DNA of 63,621 nucleotides, the filler included, from Octopus bimaculoides (lineage: Eukaryota): assembly GCF_001194135.2 (NCBI RefSeq). It is 7 parts of 6 records of this genome, joined end to end, with 100 filler letters (N's around TTAATTAATTAA, not from the genome) between each part and the next. Parts side by side here need not be neighbours in the genome. Positions count along the whole stretch, not along the records: positions 41,726 to 51,109 come from NC_068988.1; positions 51,210 to 56,699 come from NC_068996.1; positions 56,800 to 59,344 come from NC_068997.1; positions 59,445 to 61,132 come from NC_068988.1; positions 61,233 to 63,621 come from NC_068982.1; 2 more parts are not named here. One strand, written 5' to 3'. The position numbers were made by a program, and so were the translations under genes. The notes under the pieces are model-generated. The model was not told the DNA's origin, ran no database searches, and saw nothing but the letters and a program-made list of their open reading frames with translations. Numbering within the stretch: position 1 is the stretch's first letter; each line of letters begins with the position of its first letter. This document shows, piece after piece, positions 48,696-63,621 of this stretch.

Positions 48696-49267
48696 AAATA
48701 AAGACAGCGTTTCTAGGCAATCTTAACAACAGACATGATGTAACGCCCTCATAACAAAACGTTAAAATAACTTAACAATGCCTTTACAATATATAACGGA
48801 CAGTGAGCTACTGCTAGAATTGCGTTAATTCTATGCAGGTATTTAATGAGGTGGCTGTATTGTACCACAAGATCAGGAAGCAATTATATACTTGTTTGTG
48901 TTGCAACTGACGGTATCAGCACATGACATGAATCTATTATAATAATTTGATATCTAGTGCTTTGGATCATGATTTATTCTGAAATTTCGGTTACCAACAA
49001 AACGAGTTTCTCTTATACTACTTGAAGCATTTCTTTAGCTATGATATGCATAATACAAAACTGTATTCTACATTCATTCATTTCACGTTTCAGAAATTGC
49101 ATTATTTAGAATATGAAACTGAGATATATCTAGGATTGTCACATGTGGCATGAAAAAACTGAAACTCCAAGTATGTGTGTGTGTGAATACATACATACAT
49201 ACATACATACATACATACATACACACACACATACACACACACATATATATATTTATATATATTCTTT

Positions 49268-49757
<490 letters not shown>

Positions 49758-49889
49758 ATATATAAATGTTTTCTAGCATAGTCCTAGGATGAAGAATTCT
49801 CTATATGTGAAATCTGATAAGCGGAAACTTTGCAGGAGTCTGTGGAGCTCTCGAACTTATGCATGTATTCATGCATGTATGTATATTAC

Positions 49890-50160
49890 GAGGGTACATG
49901 GCCTAGTGGGTAGGGCGCTCGACTCACGATCGCAGGATCGTTGTTTCAATTCTAGGACCCGGTACTGTGTTTTGTTCTAGAGAAAAATAATTAATTTCAC
50001 GTTGCTTTACGATTATTTTGACACCTGACGTGTGGCACACCGTGCACCTGTCCAGGCAACGTTTATTTGCCGGAGGGAGTGAGCAAATGGACAGTGGACA
50101 AATGACAATGAACAAATCATTTGTGACGGTTGTTTGGCCAGAAATTGCTGAACGCTCTTT
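49890..50160 (+). mobile_element. SINE family C-type head with a distinct tail
   Basis: gagggtacatggcctagtgggtaggg...gtttcaattctaggacc...ttcacgttgct. Confidence 0.65.
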
Positions 50161-50256
50161 CTCGGACTACAAGAGACTACCATCCACGTACATATGTTCT
50201 CATGTCAATACCTACCTACCTACCTACCTACATACATACATACATACATACATACA

Positions 50257-50290
<34 letters not shown>

Positions 50291-51209
50291 CAAGTTGTTT
50301 TGTGGGATGAAAGTAATATTTACTCCAACAGACATTATATAGAAATGAGATTTAGTATATTGTTGATTAAGGGATACACCTGTAATTAATAGATGTCAAT
50401 AGTTAAATCCTGCAAATAAAGCGAAAAACTGCTCCTATTGATAAAAGGTAATGGAAGTGTGTTACAATAGTGTAGGTATCATGGAGCGAAATACTACAGG
50501 ATACTCCCTTCATCAACTGTCAACCGGAGATCACAACGATTTCGGCACCATTCGATTGTATCACTCTCTTAATTGGTGCCAAGCACCTTTGATGCTATCA
50601 AGGATTATCCAAGTTCTTTCAGCCTATGCTTACCTCACTCTTTCCTTTGTCATCTAGGCAGCAATTACATCAAATTAAGTGCAGCTGTACTCAATCCAGT
50701 CAACTGTAACTCTTATGTTTTTTCTAGTCGCAGAGAATTTGCGTTTTACTCTTAGCTATGAGCTTTCATTCATACATATCTGCTAAATCCGTGTTTAAGC
50801 ATCTTCTGCTTCTTTCTCTTGTTGATAAACCAATATTCTGCGGTTCTTCCAATGTCAAATGTTATTCATTGCGGATCTAGCCAAAAACTCACATCTTATT
50901 TCTATTTCATATAACCATATATGGTCATACTCGCACATCACACAGTTCCCTACATCCTTCATATTCAAAGTTCCTTCTTCTACGAGACACCACGAATATT
51001 ACCAACTCAAAGATGAGATCTATTTTTTCTGTACATGAAAAGTATATATACATACATACACACACTTACACACATATACGCACATATATGTATATATATA
51101 TATATATATNNNNNNNNNNNNNNNNNNNNNNNNNNNNNNNNNNNNNNNNNNNNTTAATTAATTAANNNNNNNNNNNNNNNNNNNNNNNNNNNNNNNNNNN
51201 NNNNNNNNN

Positions 51210-54019
51210 GGGATACTTCTTCTACAAATGTGCTCTAAGCTAGGGTTGATTGTTGGGAATACTTTCTTTCACCATAAAATAAAACAAAGTTACCTGGATT
51301 TACTCAAGATCAAAGCAAGGTCACATGACTGACTTTGTATTAACTCGGAAAGCTGACTTACAAGATTTGTGTAGTCACATGGTATTTTGATGAGCTGATT
51401 ATGATACTGATCACAAAATGGCTACAGCTAAGTTCAAGTTAAGGGTTTGCAAGAAGATTCGTAGTGCAGCTGTAGAGTACCAAAGGAAATTGATGGAGAG
51501 CAGTTAAAACAACCACAAGTTTTGCAGTTATCTCAGAAGAGATGCAACAATGTTCATTTTGAAGGTTCATGGCAATATTTCCGTGATGGAATATATAAAA
51601 TGAGATCAGAGGTGTTAGGTTTCAAGAGGAGACAACATCGAGACTGGTTTGATTCCAATGATAGCAACAAAGAGGTTCACTCATGAAAAGCTCCTTGACC
51701 CAAACGTTAAGGACGACGTGCAACTAGAAAAGTTGTGAAAGTCTCAGAAAGCAGACTTGCAAAAAGAACTCAGGAGGCTTAAAGACACTTGGCAGATAAG
51801 TTTGTCTGAGGAAGTACAGGCAGCCTATGATAGGAAAGACATTAAAAGTTTCAATAGTTTATTGCGGCAAGCTTTTGGACCGCAATATTCATCATCGTAT
51901 GTTCCCTTGAAATCAAAAGATGGAAAGGAGGTTATTAAAGATCCTCCTGGAATAATGAACAGATGGAGAGAACACTTTGCAGATCTTTTTCCACAATACT
52001 TCTGTAGTGAACATGGATATCATAAACAACATTCCACAAAGAGAGATAGTGAAATACATGAAAGATACACCTTCCATTGAAGAAGTAAATCTGACACTAT
52101 ATAAACTGAGATCAGGTAAAGTTCCTGGATTGGATGGTATTCCAGCTGAATTTCTGAAAGCAGGCGAGTATCATATTTCATCTGAAATCCATAGCTTGAT
52201 AACTCGAGTTTGGAATGAATCTGTGCCACAAGAATGGATAAATGGCATTCTAATCTCTGTATACAAGGGTAAGGGCCCGAAAGCAGGGAGTGGTAATTCT
52301 AGAGGGAAGATACTTTCAAGGATCATGCTAGATCGCCTCGTTGAAAATGTGGGGATTCCTGAAGAACAGTGTGGTTTCAGACCTGAGTAAGGAATAATGG
52401 ACATGATATTTTCTGTGAGGCAGGTTCAAGAGTAATGCTTAGAGGAACAAATGCCATTATACCAGGTCTTCATAGATTTAACTAAGGCATTTGACACAGT
52501 AAACAGGGAGGCACTGTGGATTGTTTTGTGTAAACTTGGTTGCCCAACACATTTTGTGAGCATCTTTAAGGAACTACACAGAAGCATGACAACTCAGGTA
52601 GTCTTTAATGGTGAGCTATCTCATGAATTTTCGGTGGACAACGGTGTCAAACAGGGAGACATTCCTGCCCCTACGCTTTTCTCTATTTATTTTGCTGCAT
52701 TACTTCGGTATGCTTTCAAGGATTGCAACAAGGGAATCGGAATCAAATTTAGGACATCTGGTCGTATTTTTAATTTGACCCGGTTTAACTGCAAATCAAA
52801 GACTTTCAAAATACTTGTTAGAGAGTTTCAATGGACAGATTTTCCACTACATGTGTACATTTCGGACTCACAATTAGTTTCGGGAAAACCAAAGTAATGT
52901 TTACTCCCGTGCCAGGACAAACATTTTTTGGAATGGAGCAAGGTTAGAAGTCGGTGACACCTTTGTTTACCTAGGAAGCACACTGTTAAGAGATGATAAT
53001 CTTGATGCAGAGATATACTATCGAATAGAGAAGGGAAGTGTTGCTTTTGGAAAGCTTGAAAAGCGAGTATGGGCAGATAGAGGTATTTCCCTGCTGACAA
53101 AAATTAATGTCTATAAAGCGTGTGTATTATTTGCACTTCTTTATTCGAGTGAGAAATGGACCACTTATAAGCATCACATAAAAGTGCTGGAGAGATTTCA
53201 TCAAATGTGCCTCAGACGTATCTTAGGAGTCAAGTGGGAATATTTCATACCAGATACAGATGTTTTGCGCATGACACGTTGCAGCTCAATTGAACAACAT
53301 GTTATCTTGGCTTAAATGAGATGGACTGGACATGTTATTAGAATGAAAGACGAGTGCTTGCCTAAGCGCCTTTTTTATTGTGAGCACAACTCTGGTAAGC
53401 GACCACAACGTAAGCCGAGGAAAAGGTATAAAAACTGTGTGAAGGAAAACCCGAAAAAACTAGATATGAACAAAAGTGATTGGGAAAATGATGTTCTAGA
53501 TTGGAACAAGTGGAGAGGTGCTGTTAGGACTGGTTGTAATGCCTGGGAGGAAAAGATGATTCAGCACTCTGAACTTAAAAGGACCTGTCGCAAAGGAACA
53601 ATTAGAACTGCAATCAACAGTAAACATTGGATATGTATTATATGTGACTGTGTTCTGTTGTCAAAAGCAGGATGCGTGAACCACATGAAGTCACATGAAA
53701 ATCGTAATACCCAGATAGGTAATGATCTTGGACACCAACCACCTCTTACAACTTGTGTCATATGTCAAAAAACTTGTAAGACAATATCTGGACTTAAAAG
53801 ACATATGCTTGTTCACAAAAACATTTTTTCAGAATCAGATTCCAAAGGGCAAAGATATAGAAGAAACTTAAATAATATCTGTCACTTGTGTTTTAAACAC
53901 TGTCAGTCAGCAGCTGGTCTTAAAAGTCATCTAAGGGCTCATCAACGGAGTGATTGTACTGTGAGATGGGGTGTGGTGTGTGTGATGATGGAACGGCTAC
54001 CATCTCTCAAAATGAAGCA

Positions 54020-54030
<11 letters not shown>
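51210..54030 (+). mobile_element. RTE-clade LINE (APE C-terminus, RT, C-terminal C2H2 fingers), decayed; 5' end cut by linker
   Basis: NTFF..K.TWI..RSK..HM.DFV, GKVPGLDGIPAE, PEEQCGFR, FIDLTKAFDTV, GVKQGDIPAPTLF, RWTGHVIRM; (TA)n tail; YADD deleted. Confidence 0.93.
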
Positions 54031-54057
<27 letters not shown>

Positions 54058-54060
54058 TAT

Positions 54061-54278
54061 TTATTTCTTTATTGCCCACAGGGGGCAAAACATAGAGGGG
54101 GACAAGCAAGGACAGACAAAGGGTTAAAGTCGATCACATCGACCCCAGTGCATAACTGGTACTTATTTAATCGACCCCGAAAGGATGAAAGGCAAAGTCG
54201 ACCTCGGCGGAGTTTGAACTCAGAACGTAACGGCAGACGAAATACCGCTAAGCATTTCGCCCGGCATGCTAACGATTC
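54061..54278 (-). mobile_element. SINE family B with alternative tail, directly after the RTE tail
   Basis: Same head and core as 14681; tail ctttgtctgtccttgcttgtcccc...gtgggcaataaagaaa on the sense strand. Confidence 0.88.
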
Positions 54279-54652
54279 AATAATTATATCATTAATGATA
54301 CACACAATGATAAAGGTTTCTGGTTGAGGCTGGAGGCCATAAATCTTTGAGGGGAGGGGCGTTAAGCTGATACTATTGATTCCAACATTTGATTAGTACT
54401 TTATTTTACGATATTTTATTGTAAGGTATCACTCGTAAAGTGTCAAAAGCTGTTGAGAGTTGAAATATTTTCTGGTCCTTGGTAGAAGGGTCAATTTTGT
54501 GTATACGATCGTATCTATATAAAGGATGTGCTTTCGTTATGTGAGACTGTGAATACACTAGCTGTGTACCACTCATTTTTAATGGGAATGTAGTGCGGTA
54601 AGATGTTGCTTTTTGATGCGAGCAGTGGGTGAATTTATTTTGCTGTTAAGGG

Positions 54653-56699
<2,047 letters not shown>

Positions 56700-57184
56700 N
56701 NNNNNNNNNNNNNNNNNNNNNNNNNNNNNNNNNNNNNNNNNNNTTAATTAATTAANNNNNNNNNNNNNNNNNNNNNNNNNNNNNNNNNNNNNNNNNNNNT
56801 TTCCCAGGAGATACCAATGATTATGGATTGGGCACCACCAAGCGTTTCGGAACAAAAACCGACCGAACTTTATTTAATTTTTTTTTTGCTTTGTGTTTTT
56901 AGTTGGTTTTTTCTTTTTGGTTTTTTTTCCCGACAATTTCTTCGGACACCGTTTATAAGCATAAAAGATTACGATTTTTCTTTTCTTTTTTTTTTTTTAG
57001 AACTTCCGTAAGCTTGTACAACTTTTTTTTTTTTTTAATAAATCGGAGAGAAATTACATTCATTATCGTAGTTTGAGTGTTAAACTATTTTGCTTCGTAT
57101 ATTAAGCCGAAACCACAAAAAATGAAACTAATACAAGCCCGTGTTCAATATTTCAAATTAATTTTCAAATAAGAATAATAAAGT

Positions 57185-57345
57185 AATTTGGTTTCAAATT
57201 TAGGTATACGGACAGCAAGCTAGGGTCTAAGGCGATTACATCAACTCCAGTTCTCAACCTGTACTTATTTTATCGACCCCGAAAGGAATTTGAACTCAGA
57301 ACGTAAAGACAGACATGCCAACGGTTCTACCAGGTCACCACCTTT
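57185..57345 (-). mobile_element. SINE family B, internally deleted
   Basis: tttggtttcaaattt...cgattacatcaactccag...tacttattttatcgaccccgaaagg|aatttgaactcagaacgtaaagac. Confidence 0.75.
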
Positions 57346-57769
57346 AAACTAATATCGTAATTTGACCAACATATTCTTATTGCTTTTCAACAGTTTTAAT
57401 GATAAGGTTTGGTTTTTAAATTAAACAGTTAACTGCACTCACGCACTAATTACTATTTGATAAAGAACAACCAGATAAAGAAACTTTACAGAAGTTATGA
57501 AATAATTCACTTACATTTCGGCAGGTTAGCTACCTGTACCACACAGCTGCGAACGATCACCCGGCGGACGGTCACAAGAAAAGAAAGACACTTGTTAAGA
57601 TATATAAATAAACTTTTCACGCTTGCTGAAGATGTAACCGGTTTGTCACTTTTAATTTGCTAAATTCCAGTAGTACCGGGGAAGAAACTGTCTTTGGATA
57701 TCCCGGTGTTTAAGCCCCAATATAAAAGAATTTTCAAAATGGTAAAATAAGTTGACCGATGCATTATTT

Positions 57770-59010
57770 TAAAAGTTACGATGATGCAAAGTCCCAATTT
57801 TCAAGCAACTATAATTCACGTTTCGGTTTCTTGTTTCATGTTTCCGTCCGCTAGACAGGGCCAGCGTTGTCCACTTCCAGCATTTTCAGTTTGTTGCATG
57901 AATTGCCTATGTAATTCCATTTCTGTCTATCTGTTTGTTCTGTTGTTCTTCCATCATGTCTTGAATTCTTCGGGTGTTTCAGCCACTTTTTAAATATTTC
58001 CATCCGCCGATACTGTTCTTTCACTTTGCACAACATAATTTTCTTACCCTAATATCGCAGTAGTAATGATGTCTTCTGTGTTTAGTAATTCTCATTTTCC
58101 TTTCTTTCTTGGTAGGTAGAGTTTGTCGGCATTACTGTTAGAATTGTGAGCTGCTTCATAGTTTTATTTTGTTTTGTTTTTGTTTTTTTTTTGTGTGTGT
58201 TTTTTTTCTATTTAAGCTACGGAGATCCGATCTTTGTCCATTTTAGAAAGGGAGCAGTGTATCCTAATATTGGCATGACTCGTGTATTTATTACTTTAAT
58301 AATATTCTCTCCATTTAACTTTGCTTTGAGCACCTTTCTGATTATTCTCATGTACTCTTTGAAGATTTTCTTTCTCGTTTCTCCTTCCGTTTTCCTATCG
58401 TCTTGCAGCATTTCCACGCACTTGTATCACTCACCTAATTATTATCTAATGATATACCATCGGAGCTTATCTTCCAGCCTCTCTTAATAATTAACAATGC
58501 GCATTTATTTACCCTAGGCAGCATCCCAATATCCTTGCTGAATATTTCTTATTTGGATTAGAGAATCCGAGTCTTTTTCTCTTCTTGTGTATAGCTTGTG
58601 GCCTTCCATATGAAGCAGGTGATTTATAAATGGAATAAAAGAGAGAGTGAGCCTCCTAGGAATATCCCCTGCGTATTTTTACGCTTCAAACGATTCCTTT
58701 GCACATATTAATTCTACTTCCCACACATTAATCGCTTTTCACAAAAGGCTGCTTCTCTTCTCATTGATTCTGAGCGTCCTCAGGTATTCCAAGAAGCAGT
58801 AGTGTGGAACATTGCCGTAAGCCTTCTTGGAATCTATCACACCAACCGTTAAATTCTTTCTTAGTCGCACCTCATTTAGTCTTCTACTATCAATATATAG
58901 TAGGTCAGCAGTTTTTCTCCTCCTCATTCTTCTTCTCCGCATGATTATGTAATTTTCCAGGTTCGTGCTGAACATAAACTGCTTTCACTCACCAGGTAGA
59001 ACTTGGCCTT
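57770..59010 (-). mobile_element. R4/Dong-like LINE fragment, strongly decayed
   Basis: IDSKKAYGNVPH, GIFLGGSLSL, KEYMRIIRKVLKAKLNGENIIKVINTRVMPILGY, GNMKQETET. Confidence 0.8.
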
Positions 59011-59258
59011 AAATGTCTTTGTAAAATTTTTATTATGATCACTACGGATCTAATTTACATAGATGATACAAAGACAAATACAAACAAATGTACAAAATGT
59101 ATGAAGTTCTTTTTAAAAATTTTTTACGATGTTTTTATAAAATTAAAAAAAAAAAAAACGATGACTTTGAATATCCAGACATACATATGCATGCATACCC
59201 ACACACATCTATATAAATATATATATATATATACACATACATACATACATACATACAT

Positions 59259-59289
<31 letters not shown>

Positions 59290-60236
59290 TACCCATACAT
59301 ACACCTACACACATGTATGTCTATAAAAAGAAGGGGAGATTGGGNNNNNNNNNNNNNNNNNNNNNNNNNNNNNNNNNNNNNNNNNNNNTTAATTAATTAA
59401 NNNNNNNNNNNNNNNNNNNNNNNNNNNNNNNNNNNNNNNNNNNNTATATATATATATATAATATAATATAATATAATATATATATATATATAATAACGAG
59501 AAATACATCATGGATGGAGATTTTAATATTTTTATTAATGCATTGCTACATATGTTTCGACATGACAGGCATTTTTATGGGACCACCTCACCATACCCAT
59601 AGGATATTATTAGGTATTATTTATACCATACATGAACCCTATGGGATTCCGTTAATTTGAAATGCATGCTTCTCCATATATATATATATCTATCTGTGAA
59701 ATAAACGTCGGAGATGCTTCGCTCGACGCTGAAACTGCAAGAGCTCCTTACAGGTGTTGCAAGCCCTTCTTCTGAATCCATTGCAATGTGAAAGACATTT
59801 TCGCATAATCAGCATGTAATTTAGGGTTACCAGCATTTCGTCCCTTAATTTGCACGTTTCATCTGCAGGGATTAGCAAGGACTGCATTAGTCTTCACCTG
59901 TAGCAAGGATTCTACCTGCGTTTTCTTGTCTTTCACGGTGGCCTTGGGCTGATTTTTGCGCCAGTGGTTATATTCTTGGAGGCTTTTTTCAGTTGTTTGG
60001 GTTTAAGATCAATTTTCGGCAGGAAATAGGGAACCGACCAAGTTGGAAAGTCGCGGCAGTCAACTTCAAAAGGGAAAGGAGCCACAAGTGTCTCGTCGAC
60101 CAGAAAACTTGGAAGAATCCAACACAAGAGACCCTCAATCTAGTAGATCAGAATCGAAACAGTAACAATTAACAATATATATAAAACAAGGTAAAAAAAA
60201 CGCTGTTAATTAATGGAAATAAAATCCATCAAAGAA

Positions 60237-60277
<41 letters not shown>

Positions 60278-60759
60278 CAGCCCCTTCCCCCACAAAACTG
60301 AACGCTAAAAATTATTGATATTGTATAAAATAAATCAAATAAATAAATATATTCTTGTCTAAAAACTTGCAGCGACTCTACTAATTAAGTTAAGAGATTT
60401 TGGCGTCGTAGGCGAGGGAAAACGTGTTATAGTCATTAGCAACTGGTACAGTCTTCTTTTCCAGACATCTCATTATTTGTTTTTATCTTGAGTTTCCATA
60501 ATTTTTAACAATTAATATCTTCTTCATGTTTGTACAAGACGAAACCTGTCTTTAGATTTCAGCAATGTTTATCTATTTATGAATAGAAAACAAATGATAT
60601 TTTTTTTTACCTTCCGACAATTTTTCCATAAATTGTTGTGTTGCCAACAATAGGCCATGCTTTCAATTCTGCTATCTATATCCCTTGGGTTCGATTCTTC
60701 AGAATTACACCCCCCACCAGACAGACCCCCTCCCCAGACAGACACCCCCTACATACTCA

Positions 60760-60992
60760 CTTTATTTCACGTTGCTCCAGTCCACTCAGCTGTAGAAATG
60801 AGTTGCGTCGTCACTGGTGCCAAGCTGTATCGGCCTTTGCCTTTCCCTTGGATAACACTGGTGGTGTGGAAAGGGGAGGCTGGTATGCATGGGCGACTGC
60901 TGGTCTTCCATAAACAACCTTGCCCGGACTTGTGCCTCGGAGGGGAACTTTCTAGGTGGAATCCCATGGTCATTCATGACCTAAGTGGGGTA
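60760..60992 (+). mobile_element. SINE family C-type core with a further tail variant
   Basis: tttcacgttgctccagtccactcagctgtagaaatgagttgcg... Confidence 0.7.
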
Positions 60993-61232
60993 CATCATAT
61001 ACTTTTCTTTTGGTTATGCTATATTGAAAAGATAACTAGGTTCTAATTTAATATTTTTATTAAACCTTCTTTTCGCGTCTACGCATCAGACATTTATATT
61101 TCATTTGGAACAATAAAGCTGCCAAATTCATGNNNNNNNNNNNNNNNNNNNNNNNNNNNNNNNNNNNNNNNNNNNNTTAATTAATTAANNNNNNNNNNNN
61201 NNNNNNNNNNNNNNNNNNNNNNNNNNNNNNNN

Positions 61233-61281
<49 letters not shown>

Positions 61282-61290
61282 CTATTATGT

Positions 61291-61431
61291 CTGGGGAGAG
61301 TCATTTTTTTTTGTGCCATATAATTTAACACGCAACGAAAATTTTAGGAAAATAAAAATATGAAATAAGTGGAAATTTTACCGGTGAGTGTGGTAAATTA
61401 TAAGGCACACAAAGGAAATAACTCTCCCCAG
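61291..61431. repeat. Short fold-back or MITE-like element with about 41-bp inverted arms
   Basis: ctggggagagtcatttt..tgtgccatataatttaacac vs reverse complement ctggggagagttatttcctttgtgtgccttataatttaccac. Confidence 0.8.
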
Positions 61432-61706
61432 AACTCACGAACTCACATAAAGAATCTTGCAAACCAAATCCCAAATCAAAGTATATATGTATATCATTCG
61501 CCATGATAGATCGCTAGCCACTACACATTCCTTTTTTTCTCTCCGTGTTTCTCTCCTTCTTTCTTTTCGTGTTCCCTTCTGTGGAAGAGAGTAGGGTCGA
61601 AACGTTAAAGACTTTTTCACTTCCCGAGCGTTATACTTATACATCTGTTATCAACATCACCTGTCTTCGACTTTTGTTTTTTTGTTTTTGTTGTTTTTTT
61701 TTGTGA

Positions 61707-61758
<52 letters not shown>

Positions 61759-61944
61759 ACACCCACAGAAAAAAATTATCTTTCTTATCAGACTCAGCAA
61801 ATTTTTGTCCTTTTATGGTTAGACACTGTCTACGTCTAGAGCGACTTAGAATATATGTGACTGACTGAAAAGGTGTATTGTCAAAATCAAACACCAGATA
61901 ATTGTCTTTATAAAAGACGACAGAGCTAGATACAAATTTGCATT

Positions 61945-62085
61945 GGTGAATCTGCTGGTCAAATCCACTCACGAAGAAATGTTCGGTTTGAAGCTATAAC
62001 AGAAGACTTGCCCAAGGTGCCACTCAATAGGACTGAACCCGGAACCATGTGGCTGGGAAGCAGCCTTCTTACCGCACAGCCACAC
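61945..62085 (-). mobile_element. SINE family A head fragment
   Basis: aaatccactcac...gacttgcccaaggtgccac...gaacccggaaccatgtgg...ccgcacagccac. Confidence 0.8.
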
Positions 62086-62203
62086 ATACACACACACATA
62101 CTTACATAAATACACACATACATGCATAAATACATACATACATACATACATACAAACATACATACATACATTCATACAGACATATATATATATACATACA
62201 TAT

Positions 62204-62500
62204 TGTTGTGACGAGAATCACGACAACCCTTGGGAGAATAGAGTTGACCTTACCACTATAAATAGAACCGGTCGGAGTGAGAGACGGAGAGTAGTCGTTA
62301 ATCGCAGGAAGTCGTAAGGTGTCATTTTGTTCGTTTGTCGGAATTTCGCTTGTTGGTTCGTGTATAGTTCGTGGAGAGTTTGTTGGATTGTTACGTTGTT
62401 GTTACCTTACTGCGTTATATCTTTTATTGCTACTACACAATTATAGAGTAAACAAGTATCGTCATCAATAGTGGCAATGCTACAATAATTGGCGGTGAGT
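62204..62500 (+). mobile_element. Probable LTR (62204-62484) followed by a primer-binding-site-like motif; internal region absent
   Basis: TGTTG...CTACA termini, TATAAATA at about 62254, AGTAAA signal near the 3' end, then ataat-TGGCGGTGAG. Confidence 0.55.
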
Positions 62501-62539
62501 AACTATGTTGCAATACACACACACACACACACACACAAC

Positions 62540-62549
62540 CACACACACA

Positions 62550-62597
<48 letters not shown>

Positions 62598-62645
62598 CAC
62601 ACGTAAACTACACACAGCCGCACATACATATTTATTCAGGGAGAG

Positions 62646-62694
<49 letters not shown>

Positions 62695-62709
62695 NNNNNN
62701 NNNNNNNNN

Positions 62710-62770
<61 letters not shown>

Positions 62771-62818
62771 CACACGTAAACTACACACAGCCGCACATAC
62801 ATATTTATTCAGGGAGAG

Positions 62819-62867
<49 letters not shown>
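62540..62867 (+). repeat. Microsatellite-rich block duplicated across a small gap (about 62540-62694 / 62710-62867)
   Basis: gtaaactacacacagccgcacatacatatttattcagggagagagaaagagcgag appears identically twice; likely assembly redundancy. Confidence 0.85.
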
Positions 62868-62870
<3 letters not shown>

Positions 62871-63580
62871 TGTAGGCGAGAGAAAGGAATATATGTGTAA
62901 TATAAAGCTTTCCTATTTCTGCACATGCGTAGATCATATATAATTCTTCATATAATCATACATATAAACACACTTGCACACAAACTTATACATACTAATT
63001 CACTCAGGCATATATGCACAGTGTTACACACATACACATGTACTTGTGACGATCTGCACGAAACCATGTAAGAAAATACCCAGTTGCTCGACATTTAACC
63101 TCCAAGAATTTGGCTCCTACGATTAATAGAAAACTGCTTCAGTATACAAATAAAATACCCATACTCATTTATTACCTTCTATCCACATACATTAGTTTCT
63201 TCTACTAGTATTTGATGATATCGTATGTTTCCCAAGACTCCCCTCTACTAACAAACTGATGGCAATGAGCCAAGTAGAATTGTTTTTCCTCCCGCCGTTT
63301 CGTCGACTACATGAAGTTTCTCTAGCACTCAATTATTAGATGAAACTACTATATACGTAATATTAAACCACCACATTTTATGGAAAACCTCTGTGTTAGT
63401 TCTGTTTAGTAATAGATTATGTTGCCTGGTTGTTAATATCTTTTACTTTTGTCATCATGTAAAAATTGTTCTTAATCTTTGACCGATACGGTATATGCAG
63501 ATATCAGGATACATTCAATGTTTCCTTCGTAGGTCATCTGTTTATGCATGCAGCTTTGTATGGAAGTATCAGTACGTACG

Positions 63581-63614
<34 letters not shown>

Positions 63615-63621
63615 TATATAT

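Noticed and set aside
59545-59600. Hammerhead at GAAACATATGTA (minus strand)
   Set aside because: Stem III and a 3-bp stem I fit, but the core reads CTGTCA with no stem II; too degenerate to call.
59690-60127. ORFs 59690-59887 and 59933-60127 as host exons
   Set aside because: No recognisable family, stops in neighbouring frames and no good splice acceptor.

Overview
Repeat-dense, gap-rich eukaryotic DNA. The tRNA-derived SINE families and microsatellite load point to a coleoid cephalopod, most likely Octopus (inference, no database search run). I found no intact host gene, tRNA or rRNA gene, or CRISPR array; most ORFs in the track are microsatellite or N-gap read-throughs. Six artificial 100-bp linkers (44 N + TTAATTAATTAA + 44 N) split the window into seven joined scaffold pieces, so adjacency across them is not biological evidence. 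The real content is a transposon graveyard: Penelope-like elements (PLEs) of two clades, R4/Dong-like, CR1 and RTE LINEs, a mariner deletion derivative, a pogo/Tigger-like MITE, a decayed hAT transposase, one probable LTR with a primer-binding site, and many SINEs of three families. The signals most worth following are structured RNAs and fold-backs: a canonical minimal type I hammerhead ribozyme (42454-42511, minus strand) plus decayed relatives, a candidate HDV-like ribozyme fold at the 5' end of the R4/Dong element (36085-36163), a 560-bp palindrome (8023-8582) with several smaller fold-backs, and an RTE ORF ending in three C2H2 fingers. None of this proves a new biological system; it most plausibly reflects known retroelement ribozyme biology in a poorly annotated lineage.
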